Source: Candidatus Eiseniibacteriota bacterium (GTDB lineage: Bacteria; Eisenbacteria; RBG-16-71-46; SZUA-252). From it: 64,000 nt of DNA. The notes below the pieces were generated by a model. That model was not told the DNA's origin. It was given only the letters and a program-made list of their open reading frames with translations, and searched no databases. The stretch is taken from NCBI GenBank assembly GCA_036505295.1, contig DASXTQ010000019.1:4446-68445 (forward strand). The letters are read 5' to 3'. The translations under genes and the position numbers were made by a program. Below are positions 48,367 through 57,712 of this stretch, piece by piece (the stretch's first letter is position 1; the number at the start of each line of letters is the position of its first letter).

Positions 48367-49320
48367 GTGCGTCGCGGTGGCAAGGCAGCCCCCAATTCTC
48401 TGGACGCCCAGGACTTGATCCAGTGGAGGCATTCTGTGGACGTTTCCCTAGCGATCCGACAGCGGCTCGACGAATTGGGGCTTGATCAGAAAGGTTTGGC
48501 GGCTGCCGCTGAAGTCACGGAATCCTACATTTCCCAGGTGCTGACTCGGAAGAAAATGCCCCCCGCGCCAGACCGAACCGACATCTATGCGAAGATGGAG
48601 AGATTCTTGAAGGTACCCGGCGGTTCGCTTTCGAAGCTGGCGGACCTTCAGCGCAAGGACGAATGGAAGAGAACCTTTGGCGACCCACCGTTGCCTCTGT
48701 TGCGAGAAGTCCGCGAGTTGATCCTTCGCAAGTGTTCGCCCGCTAAGGAAAAACAGGTACGCGCCATCTTTGAGAAGGAGCCCTTCGGTGAGGTCGAACG
48801 CCTCGTCACACAAAAGCTTTTGGACGTGGTCAAGAGGGTTGCCAAGGAAGAGCTGGAGAGCGAAAACTGGCTCCACTTGATCGCCAGGCTCAGCGGGCGC
48901 AGCTATAAGCAGATGCGGGTCCTCGTCCTCGAGTTCCTGGACGCCGATGTCTTCAACCTGTCGGCTGAGAATTGCGTCTCCTTTCTGGACCCTCTGATTG
49001 AATCCTGGGATATCGACCTCGCCAGCTTCGGCATGGAAATCGTCCTGAACCGGCGACTGGCCCCAGGGAATCCTCATAAATTTGAGTTTGTTGAGAGAGA
49101 GCCTGACCAACCGCTCGAGGAAGAGGCGGGGCTCAAGGAGTTTCTTCGTGACCGTTCCCTCAGCGGGGATGCTGCCGAGGACGAAATCGAGTTCCTCAAG
49201 AAACTGAGGTTCAAGAAAAAGAGGCCAACCGCACTCTATTACTATCGGGAATTGCAGAACCTCAGAGATCCGCTCCACTTTCGCAGGCCGGCCCCGGGAG
49301 CGGGGAAACGAGGGGATTGA
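48367..49320 (+). CDS. XRE-family HTH transcriptional regulator with uncharacterised ~230-aa C-terminal domain
   Basis: LAIRQRLDELGLDQKGLAAAAEVTESYISQVLTRKK is a Cro/C1-type HTH. GTG start at 48367 (alternative GTG at 48433). Confidence 0.6.
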   Translation: MRRGGKAAPNSLDAQDLIQWRHSVDVSLAIRQRLDELGLDQKGLAAAAEVTESYISQVLTRKKMPPAPDRTDIYAKMERFLKVPGGSLSKLADLQRKDEWKRTFGDPPLPLLREVRELILRKCSPAKEKQVRAIFEKEPFGEVERLVTQKLLDVVKRVAKEELESENWLHLIARLSGRSYKQMRVLVLEFLDADVFNLSAENCVSFLDPLIESWDIDLASFGMEIVLNRRLAPGNPHKFEFVEREPDQPLEEEAGLKEFLRDRSLSGDAAEDEIEFLKKLRFKKKRPTALYYYRELQNLRDPLHFRRPAPGAGKRGD

Positions 49321-49348
49321 ACAGCCAGCGCGGCAAGAGAGCGAAGCC

Positions 49349-50797
49349 ATGAAAGCAGCGGTCAGGGTAATCCTCAGCCTTCTCCTCATGTGCGGCTTGG
49401 CAGCATCCGCTCATGCGCAGGGTACTGAGTTGGAGACCCTCAATCGAGAGATCAAGTCGCTCTACCGCGCCGGCGACTACGGCCGTGCGGTGATCGTCGC
49501 CAAGAAGGCGCTGGAGGTCGCGGAGAAGAGCGTGGGCCCCGATCATCCCACTGTCGCTGCGAGCCTGAGCGAGCTGGCGGCGCTGTATAGGATCCAGGGC
49601 CAGTATGCGCAGGCCGAGCCGCTTTATAAACGCTCGCTGGCGATCCGCGAGAAAGCGCTTGGCCCCGACCATCTCGATGTGGCCGTGAGCCTGAACAGCC
49701 TCGCATTGGTTTACGACCGCCAAGGCCAGTACACGCAGGCAGAGCCGCTCTACAAGCGCGCGCTCGCCATCCGGGAGAAAAATCTCGGCTCCGACCATCC
49801 GGAAGTGGCCACGAGCCTGAACAACCTCGCGGGTCTCTACCACGCGCAGGGCCGGTACGCGGAGGCCGAGCCGCTCTACAAACGCTCGCTCGCGATCCGC
49901 GAGAAAGCGCTTGGTCCCGACAATCCCAATGTGGCCTCGAGCCTGAACAATTTGGGCGGGCTCTACTACACACAGGGCCGGTACGCACAGGTCGAGCCGC
50001 TCTACAAGCGCTCGCTGGCGATCCGCGAGAAGGCGCTCGGCCCCGACCATCCCGACGTGGCCTCGAGCCTGATCAATCTCGCGGGGCTCTATCAAATCCA
50101 AGGTCGGTACCCGCAGGCCGAGCCGCTCTACAAGCGCGCGTTGGCGATCCAGGAGAAATCCCTCGGCCCCAACCATCCAGAAGTGGCCACGAGCCTGAAC
50201 AACTTGGCGGCGCTTTATACGTACCAAGCCCAGTACGCTCTGGCCGAGTCGCTCTACGGGCGCTCGTTGGAGATCCGGGAGAAATCGCTCGGCCCTGACC
50301 ACCCCGATGTGGCGATGAGCCTGAACAACCTGGCAGAGCTTTATAGAACACAAGGCCAGTACGCGCGGGCTGAGCCGCTCTACAAGCGCTCGCTCGCGAT
50401 TCGGGAAAAGGCCCTAGGTCCGGACCATCCCGACGTGGCGATGAGCCTGAACAACCTGGCGGGGCTCTGCCACAGCCAGGGCCGGTACGCGCAGGCCGAG
50501 TCGCTCTACAAGCGCTCGCTGGCAATCAAGGAGAAAGCCCTGGGTCCCGACCATCCCGATGTAGCCACGAGCCTGAACAACCTCGCGGAGCTTTATAGGG
50601 ACCAGGGTCAGTACGCGCAGGCCGAGCCGCTCTATGTGCGGTCCCTGGCGATCATGGAGAAGGCTCTTGGCCCCGACCATCCCGATGTGGCCACGAGCCT
50701 TGAGAACATGGCAACGCTCTACCGAGCCACGAATCGCGCTGAAGAGGCGGAAGTGCTCATGAAGCAGGTGGCACGCATTCGCGCCATCAAACGATAG
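49349..50797 (+). CDS. Secreted tetratricopeptide-repeat protein (10 x 42-aa TPR_12-like repeats)
   Basis: Signal peptide, then ten tandem repeats of consensus [42 protein letters not shown]. Confidence 0.85.
   Translation: [482 protein letters not shown]
49537..50712 (+). repeat. Tandem ~126-bp coding repeats (TPR units) inside the TPR gene
   Basis: Near-identical 126-nt periodicity is visible at the DNA level (e.g. gccgagccgctctacaagcgctcgctggcgatccgcgagaa recurring). Confidence 0.8.
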
Positions 50798-51053
50798 TGG
50801 AGGCCAACTCTCCGGGTCGAAGTCATGGACCTGGGTCAACATCCAGACAGGCGACACCGAACCGGGAGGGAGCTTCTTACGCGATCACCGCGATTGGTGA
50901 GCTCCTCCTCGCTTGGGATGGGTACACCACCCAGACATTGGCGTTAGTAGGCGACGACCACCTCGATGGGCGAAGCAGTCGTGCCGACTTCGCCGGCGTT
51001 GGCCTCCTCCTGAAATGACGTACAGGCGGGGACGCCAAAAGTTGGAGACGGAG

Positions 51054-51401
51054 TCAAACGGACCCCTCCTCGACGAGCTTTTGGAGCCGGCGCAGAGCGA
51101 CGTCCCACCGCTTCGAGATCAGATCGAGGTACCGGTGAGCCACGATGAGCTGATGGGGCTCGAGTTCCCAACGGCTCTCGCGGCCCAGCCGCCTTCCGCG
51201 CACCAAGCCGGCATCGGCGAGGACGCGCAGATGTTTCGTAATCCCCTGGCGCGTCAGAGGGGTGCCCCGAGTCAATCGCGCGATGGACTGGGGCCCGCCC
51301 TGACAGAGGCGAGCCACCAGTTTGAGGCGCGTCGCGTCCCCCAACGCTGCGAAGATCGGAGCAGAGCTCTCGAGCCCGGCAGGTTCGCGATCAGGCGTCA
51401 C
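51054..51401 (-). CDS. ArsR/SmtB-family transcriptional regulator
   Basis: IFAALGDATRLKLVARLCQGGPQSIARLTRGTPLTRQGITKHLRVLADAGLV is a winged HTH. Confidence 0.8.
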   Translation of the reverse strand: MTPDREPAGLESSAPIFAALGDATRLKLVARLCQGGPQSIARLTRGTPLTRQGITKHLRVLADAGLVRGRRLGRESRWELEPHQLIVAHRYLDLISKRWDVALRRLQKLVEEGSV

Positions 51402-51868
51402 GGGTTCCGGCGCAGATAGGTCTCAATGGCGACCATCTGCTCGGCCCAGCCGCCCTCGTTCGCCTTCAATGCGTCAGCTCGGCGAGCGAGCGGGATCCCG
51501 TCGAAACCCGACTCCACGAGTTTAAGGAGTGTGCCTCCTTCCACTTCTTCGAGCGTGAACTCCACGAGCGTCGTGGGCTCCTTCGAGTAATCCAGGCTCG
51601 GATCCACGGCGTTGGGGTGCCACCGAAAGGAGAAGAGCCGCTCCGGCTCCATTTTCTCGATGACGAGTTCGAACTTGAGGTGCTCGTAGCCGGGATAGGT
51701 GATCCGACCATTGAGCCGGGCGCCGGGCCGAAACGGTTCCGTAAAGACCGACTGAAACCAGGTGCCGAATTCCTTCGAGTCAGTCAGTGCGCGCCACACG
51801 CGGCTCCGTGGCGCTTTAAGCAAGATCTCCTTCGTGATGCGATCGGTGGTTGTCGTGCTCATCGTCAT
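51398..51868 (-). CDS. SRPBCC/AHSA1 (activator of Hsp90 ATPase homolog 1-like) domain protein
   Basis: ITKEILLKAPRSRVWRALTDSKEFGTWF...FSFRWHP... This is the typical ArsR-AHSA1 pair, and the stop overlaps the ArsR start. Confidence 0.75.
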   Translation of the reverse strand: MTMSTTTTDRITKEILLKAPRSRVWRALTDSKEFGTWFQSVFTEPFRPGARLNGRITYPGYEHLKFELVIEKMEPERLFSFRWHPNAVDPSLDYSKEPTTLVEFTLEEVEGGTLLKLVESGFDGIPLARRADALKANEGGWAEQMVAIETYLRRNP

Positions 51869-51957
51869 TCTCCCTGTCGGGCTCCGCACCATGCGCAACC
51901 CAATGGTTGCATATTAAATGGGGTGCACCCGGAAGTCAATGGACAAAGGAGGGCTTA

Positions 51958-52236
51958 TCAGCCCCTTGGAACCCAGATCTTCCCCGCTTCGACCACTTCG
52001 CAGGTGCCGGGGAGCAGGAGTGGCTCTCGGGACCTCGCGTAGAAGGCGAGGCCTTTGTAGCTCGTTAGATAGCGGTGGCCGCGAACAAAGAAGCCGCCCC
52101 GAGCATGAACGACGACAGCTTCCGGATTGTGATTCAAGAGCTTCACGAACTCTCCCGCCTCGACGCGGACTATGGCGCCCGATGCCTTGATCGCCCGCAC
52201 AAGAGCTGCTGCTGCTGCCGCTGCGCCTCCATTCAC
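51958..52236 (-). CDS. Hypothetical small protein
   Basis: 92-aa ORF of non-repetitive composition. No family recognised. Confidence 0.35.
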   Translation of the reverse strand: MNGGAAAAAAALVRAIKASGAIVRVEAGEFVKLLNHNPEAVVVHARGGFFVRGHRYLTSYKGLAFYARSREPLLLPGTCEVVEAGKIWVPRG

Positions 52237-52456
52237 TTTAGGGGTCCTCCAGTTTAATCAACGACGACTAGACTGAAGCGGGTGTCAGAATATCCTGATT
52301 AGCCTACTCTAGTCGGCGTCTACTCGGCCGGGAATCCAGCAGGCGGGGCAAGGAGGGGGCGGTTGTCTAACGCAAGCTTTCAGCTGGTGGGCGCGGCCGA
52401 GTAGGTTGCGTCTGCCGGGCGGGCCACCAGTGGGCGCCCGACGAGGGAAACCGACC

Positions 52457-52864
52457 GTGGATGTTCGCTTCGCCGCGAATGCTCCTGTCAATGGGGAGGA
52501 CCTGAACGCCCTATTCTCGGCGGCCTGGCCGGATCACAGGTCTCGCGACTTCGGTCCTGTTCTGGCGCGAAGCCTTACATACGTCTGCGCTTTTGCTGGC
52601 GATCGCCTGGTAGGTTTTGTCAACCTCGCGTGGGATGGCGGAGCGCACGCGTTTCTCTTGGATCCGACGGTCCATCCAGAATTCCGTCGTCAGGGAATCG
52701 GCAGCGGGATAGTCAACAAGGCGGTCTCGGAGTGCCGTGAACGCGGAGTCGAATGGGTGCACGTGGATTATGAGCCCGCGCTTGCCGTCTTCTATCGGCG
52801 TTGTGGCTTTCGGTCGACATCTGCGGGCCTGATCAGGTTGGCGGGCCCGCGCGCCCTCCGTTGA
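52457..52864 (+). CDS. GNAT-family N-acetyltransferase
   Basis: LVGFVNLAWDGGAHAFLLDPTVHPEFRRQGIGSGIVNKAV is the acetyl-CoA binding motif (Q/R-x-x-G-x-G/A). GTG start after a GAGGGAAA RBS. Confidence 0.7.
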   Translation: MDVRFAANAPVNGEDLNALFSAAWPDHRSRDFGPVLARSLTYVCAFAGDRLVGFVNLAWDGGAHAFLLDPTVHPEFRRQGIGSGIVNKAVSECRERGVEWVHVDYEPALAVFYRRCGFRSTSAGLIRLAGPRALR

Positions 52865-53535
52865 TATGGTGCGGAAGGGGGGAGACCATTTGTGGGGGTT
52901 TCGGGGGGTTCCGGGGAACCTCCGAAACGACAAGTAGTTTGCCCGGAATGCGGTGCGGTGATTGACGTTCCGGCGACCGAGGCGAGCGATCACAAGTAAC
53001 CCCTCCTGATCGCGTTTGCGCCCTGCTGTAGTCCCGATTTGATCCCGATGGGTGCGCTGCTACCGCGCCGGGGAGCGCCATCGTTGACGCCCGGCGCGAT
53101 GCCACATAGAGTGCCGACACTGGATCGCTGCCGACCGAGCGCAGGGCAGATCCTGATTATGCTGGTCAGCGTATTCGCTTACGTGGTTCCGTCGATTATT
53201 TGCCGTGAATGACGTGATGCTGGCGCCCGATAGACGGCTCGCATACGAGGTACCCGCTGACCATCGGAGTCCGGCTTACAAGGTTCCCCGCACCTTCGAC
53301 GAAATCGCCCACGACAGGTACTGGAATTTGTGGTTCGACGACAACGTGGGCTCATTCCTGGTGATCGTGCGAAAGGCGGACTGATCACGGCACAGATCAA
53401 ATCACCGCAACCGCATGACATCCGGCTGAATCCGCCGGTCAGTACTGTGACGCGCATTGCGATGGCAATGCGCGGGCCGTTCCGCCCGCGGGTTAGCCGA
53501 GCGTTGGGCAGCTTTCTTGTCGGAGGCCGTAAGAT

Positions 53536-54052
53536 GCCGTTCAATGAGAAGACTTATGCGATCGCGATTGTCCATCCAGACGGCCGAAAGCATCTGTTCG
53601 GTCGCGTCCGCCGATCCGCGAAAGGTGACGTCTACGTCGTGTGGGCTGAGGATCAGTCTCCCCGCAATCTTGGAAGGGGATCGAACCCTCACGCCTCCTA
53701 CCATGCATCGGGCCGGCTGCATTCGAAGAGCTACAACATTAGTGAGATCGAGAAGAGCCGGCAGGTTCCCGGAGCAAGTTTCAAGGGGACAGAGCCGCAC
53801 GAGGCGACCAACGCCGACCGAGGTCTTTCACCAACGCTTCCTGTGCTCTCAGGAAACTTCGACGGTGTATTCGAGATCGACGCGGCCCAAATTGCAGCGA
53901 GCCGGAACCCGTCTATCACCGTCGACGTAAGCGAACCTGGTGTTCCGCCGATCCGCCAGACGGGAAGGGATCGCGTGATCGCGGACAAGATCTTCAAGGA
54001 CGACACTCCGTGGATCATTGTGAGCCTCGTCGAGCCGCCAACTCGACTCTGA
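53536..54052 (+). CDS. Hypothetical protein
   Basis: 171-aa ORF from an internal ATG (MPFNEKTYAIAIVHPDG...), in the lower-GC region. Confidence 0.45.
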
Positions 54053-54204
54053 GTCGGCCAGGGCCGCGGTCCGGTCACGATCTGGCCACCATTGGGAGTG
54101 TCAGCGGCCGCCTCTTGGGGAAACCATGATTTCAACTGTGTCGGTCAGCGTATTTGGATATTCAGGTCCGCCCAACTGTAGTTCGCCAGACAGACGCAGG
54201 GTGC

Positions 54205-54567
54205 ATGGCTAACCGGCGTCTAAGCGCGACAGAGGTGGCGGAGATCTTTCGTCCTATTCTCGAAGAGGTTCGTGCAAAGCTCCGTGGCACTAGCCGCGGT
54301 GACGAAGCCCTACACTGGGCGCTCCGGCGGAAGCTCACCAAGGAGTTGATGTACGACGAGCGCGGCAAGCCGCTGCACCGCGTGAAGCTCAAGGCTCTCA
54401 AGCGCGGAGAACAGGGCGGGAAGTGCGCGTTGTGCCACTGCGAACTGCCGGAAAGGAACGCCGTCCTCGATCGCCTTGAAGCTATGAAGGGATACACCGC
54501 CGACAACACGCGGCTTCTCTGTCCGGACTGCGATCATAAGGCTCAAGTCGAGCGCGGGTTTGCTTGA
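54205..54567 (+). CDS. Small HNH-motif protein
   Basis: C-terminus GKCALCHCELPERNAVLDRLEAMKGYTADNTRLLCPDCDHKAQ carries C-x2-C...H-N-like...C-x2-C. Confidence 0.55.
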   Translation: MANRRLSATEVAEIFRPILEEVRAKLRGTSRGDEALHWALRRKLTKELMYDERGKPLHRVKLKALKRGEQGGKCALCHCELPERNAVLDRLEAMKGYTADNTRLLCPDCDHKAQVERGFA

Positions 54568-54664
54568 AACCTCACCGCCGTCGAACTTCGCGGTGCACCG
54601 GACCGGGGCTCGCGTCGCTCGCTCCGGCCGGTGACCGCGAGCGTTAGGCGACATAGGGACGCGG

Positions 54665-55354
54665 ATGCCCACGTCGAATAGAGAGTTCATACCGAACCAG
54701 GTGTTCATAGGGCTCCCGTGGAAAAACGTCCGACCGAAGTACGATCGGATCGTCCCGGAGCTCGAGAAGAAATACCCGCTTTACTTCACCATCGTCGGGC
54801 GGGACGACGGGCAGGACGCCAGGGCCCTTTTCGAGGTAATCAAGTCGCGGATCGCGTCGTCGAGCTATGCCGTATTTGATGCGACCGCGGGCAACGCTAA
54901 CGTATCTCTCGAATACGGTTACGCAGAGGGAATCGAGGTGCCGCGGGCAATCTTTCTGAGCGCTCACAAGGCCGCGCAGAGGGTGTCAGCGGGCGACCCG
55001 ATCATCTCGGACCTAACCGGAATGCGAAGGGTGCAGTACAAGACGGAATCAACTCTCGCTGCCGAACTCCACAAGTTATGCCGGGATCACGACTACACGA
55101 AGCGATTCGAGAGAGCCCTGCGCAAGATCCAACGAAGGAAGACCAAAGGGGCGAAGAAACGCGGTAGGGCGCTGGCTCTCAAGGCGCTGAAGGCTCTCGG
55201 GGGTAAGGTCAGGGTACGCCGTGCCGAGCTCGTGCAGCACCTCCAGGCACAGAATTACTCCGAGAAAGAAATCGATGCGATGCTCAAGGGCCTCCATACA
55301 GCAGGAGTATTGAGGTGCACGGTAGGCAAGTACTCGGATGTGTATGTCGCCTAA
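54665..55354 (+). CDS. Nucleoside 2-deoxyribosyltransferase-like (NDT-fold) domain protein with C-terminal winged-helix-like region
   Basis: VFIGLPW...YPLYFTIVGRDDG and AVFDATAGNANVSLEYGYAEGIEVPRAIFL match the NDT family D.sGT.fE.GyA.a.gkPv active-site signature. The basic helical C-terminus is RALRKIQRRKTKGAKKRGRALALKAL... Confidence 0.55.
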   Translation: MPTSNREFIPNQVFIGLPWKNVRPKYDRIVPELEKKYPLYFTIVGRDDGQDARALFEVIKSRIASSSYAVFDATAGNANVSLEYGYAEGIEVPRAIFLSAHKAAQRVSAGDPIISDLTGMRRVQYKTESTLAAELHKLCRDHDYTKRFERALRKIQRRKTKGAKKRGRALALKALKALGGKVRVRRAELVQHLQAQNYSEKEIDAMLKGLHTAGVLRCTVGKYSDVYVA

Positions 55355-55456
55355 CAGCGCCGTGAAGCTGCCGGTCCACGCTGTCATGGGCCGTGCTTCC
55401 GCACGCCCCGCGCCAGCGCGTCCCGCAGCTACGGCGAGGGTTAGCCCGCGAGAGAA

Positions 55457-56116
55457 ATGCAGCTAATCATCTTTGACGTTGACGGCACGCTGACGCGCAG
55501 CACCTCGATTGATGCCACCTGCTACGCGCGTGCCGTGGCGGAACATCTCAGGATGCAGGTCAACACGGACTGGTCCATGTACCGCCATGCAACGGATGCC
55601 GGGATTCTAAGTGAGCTTCTCGAACGGCAAGGTATCCCTGAGACGCGACCCGATGTCGCAGCGGTCCGCGCGCGGTTTCTGGGATTGCTCTCCGCGGCCC
55701 TTACCTTGGACCCCACATTGTGCCGCGAAGTGCCCGGCGCTCGTGCTGCGATCGAATCCCTTCGAGAGGTCCCTGAATTTCAGCTCGCGATCGCCACTGG
55801 TGCTTGGGCGGACTCGGCTCGTTTGAAGCTTCGCCATGCTAGCGTAGGGATCGATCAGATCCCTCTCGCCTCGTCAGACGATTCACCTTCGCGTGAAAAG
55901 ATTCTCGAGATCGCCTTCGAGCGGGCGGCCGCCCGGTCGGGACAGCGACCTGACGCCGTCACCTATTTTGGCGATGCCCCGTGGGACGTATCCGCGGCCC
56001 ACTCATTGGGCTTCCGTTTCATCGGTATCGCGTGCGAAGGTGACATGGGTCAGCTCCGGTCAGCCGGAGCTTCGGTCATTCTTCCGGACTTCACCGATGA
56101 ACTCTTCGCGGGCTAA
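55457..56116 (+). CDS. HAD-superfamily hydrolase/phosphatase
   Basis: MQLIIFDVDGTLT (motif I DxDGT), motif IV FGDAPWDV. Confidence 0.8.
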   Translation: MQLIIFDVDGTLTRSTSIDATCYARAVAEHLRMQVNTDWSMYRHATDAGILSELLERQGIPETRPDVAAVRARFLGLLSAALTLDPTLCREVPGARAAIESLREVPEFQLAIATGAWADSARLKLRHASVGIDQIPLASSDDSPSREKILEIAFERAAARSGQRPDAVTYFGDAPWDVSAAHSLGFRFIGIACEGDMGQLRSAGASVILPDFTDELFAG

Positions 56117-56328
56117 CAAGACGTTGGAGCGGACCGATGGGATCGGCGGTTGTTCATGCCATCGTTCACGTTCGCCGGCCGCTCAACGCCGGGTCGATAG
56201 ACCTCGGAGGGTTAGAAAGGAGAGAGCTTTGGCAGCAGACGATCTGAAACTTCATTTTCACCTCACGCTTGGGGGTGGCCCTTCGGAGCGCTCTAAGGCA
56301 TGATGTAAGGCGCAGGTAGGGGAAGCCA

Positions 56329-57039
56329 ATGAACCCAGAGAGAGACACCCAAAGCTTCGAGGAATTCACTCCCGAGGAGCTTCTCGGCCCGCTAAACGAG
56401 GTCGAGAAGAAAAACGCTCCCCGGCGCCTCTTCATTGCAGGGGACCGAGGACTCCTTCACGGTGGGCCGCGCGTCTCCATCGTGGGCTCCAGGAAGGCCT
56501 CGGCAGGGGGGATTTCGGGGGCCCGCGGTCTCGCAAAGGGCCTCGTCGCTCGTGGTGCGGTCGTGGTGAGTGGCCTGGCCGAGGGGATCGACACGGCCGC
56601 CCACGAAGGAGCGATCGAAGCCGGGGGACGCACCATCGCGGTCTTGGGCACCCCCCTCGATGAGGCGTTTCCCGCGAAGAATCGAGCACTACAGGCGCTA
56701 ATCATGCGCGAGCACCTGGCGGTCTCTCAGTTCGCCTCCGGCGTCCCCTCGCAGCGGGGGAATTTCCCGATGCGAAACCGCACCATGGCGCTCCTCTCGG
56801 ATGCGACGGCCATCGTCGAGGCAGGGGAGGGTAGCGGGTCCCTTCACCAGGGTTGGGAAGCCCTCCGGCTCGGGCGGCCGCTTTTTCTGAGCGAGGCGCT
56901 GCTCGGAGACGCCTCGCTTTCGTGGCCGGGTGAAATGGAGCGCTACGGTGCGCAAGGTCTCGCCCTTGAGAACCTGGAGCTCCTCTTCGAGTTCCTTCCT
57001 GAGAGGGCACGTGGCGGGTCCCCCGAGCTTGCTTTCTGA
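56329..57039 (+). CDS. DprA/Smf-like (SLOG superfamily) Rossmann-fold protein
   Basis: VSIVGSRKASAGGISGARGLAKGLVARGAVVVSGLAEGIDTAAHEGAIEAGGRTIAVLGTPLDEAFPAKNRAL...RNRTMALLSDATAIVEAGEGSGSL matches the DprA core. It lacks the SAM/DML1 extensions of canonical DprA. Confidence 0.7.
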   Translation: MNPERDTQSFEEFTPEELLGPLNEVEKKNAPRRLFIAGDRGLLHGGPRVSIVGSRKASAGGISGARGLAKGLVARGAVVVSGLAEGIDTAAHEGAIEAGGRTIAVLGTPLDEAFPAKNRALQALIMREHLAVSQFASGVPSQRGNFPMRNRTMALLSDATAIVEAGEGSGSLHQGWEALRLGRPLFLSEALLGDASLSWPGEMERYGAQGLALENLELLFEFLPERARGGSPELAF

Positions 57040-57106
57040 GGTTCGGTTCGGCGCCTTCCTCGTTTACTCCCCCCGCGGTTCCTCCGAAGTCTCGAGGCGC
57101 TCGCGC

Positions 57107-57658
57107 GTGTGGCGTGATGCCATCAAATACGATCGGCCTCCTGGAATCGCTCATGCCGTCGAGCAGCTCTCGCACGAGTTCGCAAGCACGCAGCTAGGTG
57201 AGATCCTCGGGGCCGGAGTCACGCTCGTGCCGGCCCCCAAGAGTTCGCCGCTCGTCGAGGGTGCGCTCTGGCCGGCGAAGCGTATCGCTGACGAGCTCCT
57301 CGCGAGGGGTCTCGGAAGGGAAGTGATTCCGTGTGTTCGGCGGGCCGTCCGTGTCCCGAAGTCGGCGTTCGCCGCAGCGGGAGAAAGGCCGACCGCGAAG
57401 ACCCACCTCGAATCCTTGACGGCCGAGGGCGAGCTCGCGCGCCCGGCGCGCATAGCTGTGGTTGATGACGTGGTGACGAAGGGGGCGACACTCCTGGCCG
57501 TCGCTTCGCTTGTTCAGGACCTCTTCCCCGAGGCGGACGTGCGCGCGTTCGCGATGCTGCGGACCATGGGGCTTCAACCTGAGGTCGATCGGATTCTAGA
57601 GCCGTGCGTAGGAACGATTCATCTCACGGTGTGGGGAGAAGCCGACCGGCAGCCCTAA
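57107..57658 (+). CDS. Phosphoribosyltransferase-fold protein (ComF-like, no Zn-finger)
   Basis: RIAVVDDVVTKGATLLAV is the PRPP-binding motif. A GTG start at 57107 is inferred and is uncertain. Confidence 0.6.
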   Translation: MWRDAIKYDRPPGIAHAVEQLSHEFASTQLGEILGAGVTLVPAPKSSPLVEGALWPAKRIADELLARGLGREVIPCVRRAVRVPKSAFAAAGERPTAKTHLESLTAEGELARPARIAVVDDVVTKGATLLAVASLVQDLFPEADVRAFAMLRTMGLQPEVDRILEPCVGTIHLTVWGEADRQP

Positions 57659-57712
57659 AATGCCGAGAGGGTCGCAGGTCGTCGAGCGCTTCTGGTCGAG
57701 GGCAGGCCGCGA

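Noticed and set aside
49537-50712. Possible CRISPR array suggested by regular tandem repeats
   Set aside because: The repeats are 126 bp with no unique spacers and are in-frame coding TPR units of one ORF.
56329-57658. Natural-competence operon (dprA + comFC)
   Set aside because: The DprA-like protein is only the Rossmann core (236 aa) and the PRTase lacks the ComF zinc-finger. They sit in a low-GC island with HNH, NDT and HAD genes rather than with recombination genes, so a competence role is not assumed.
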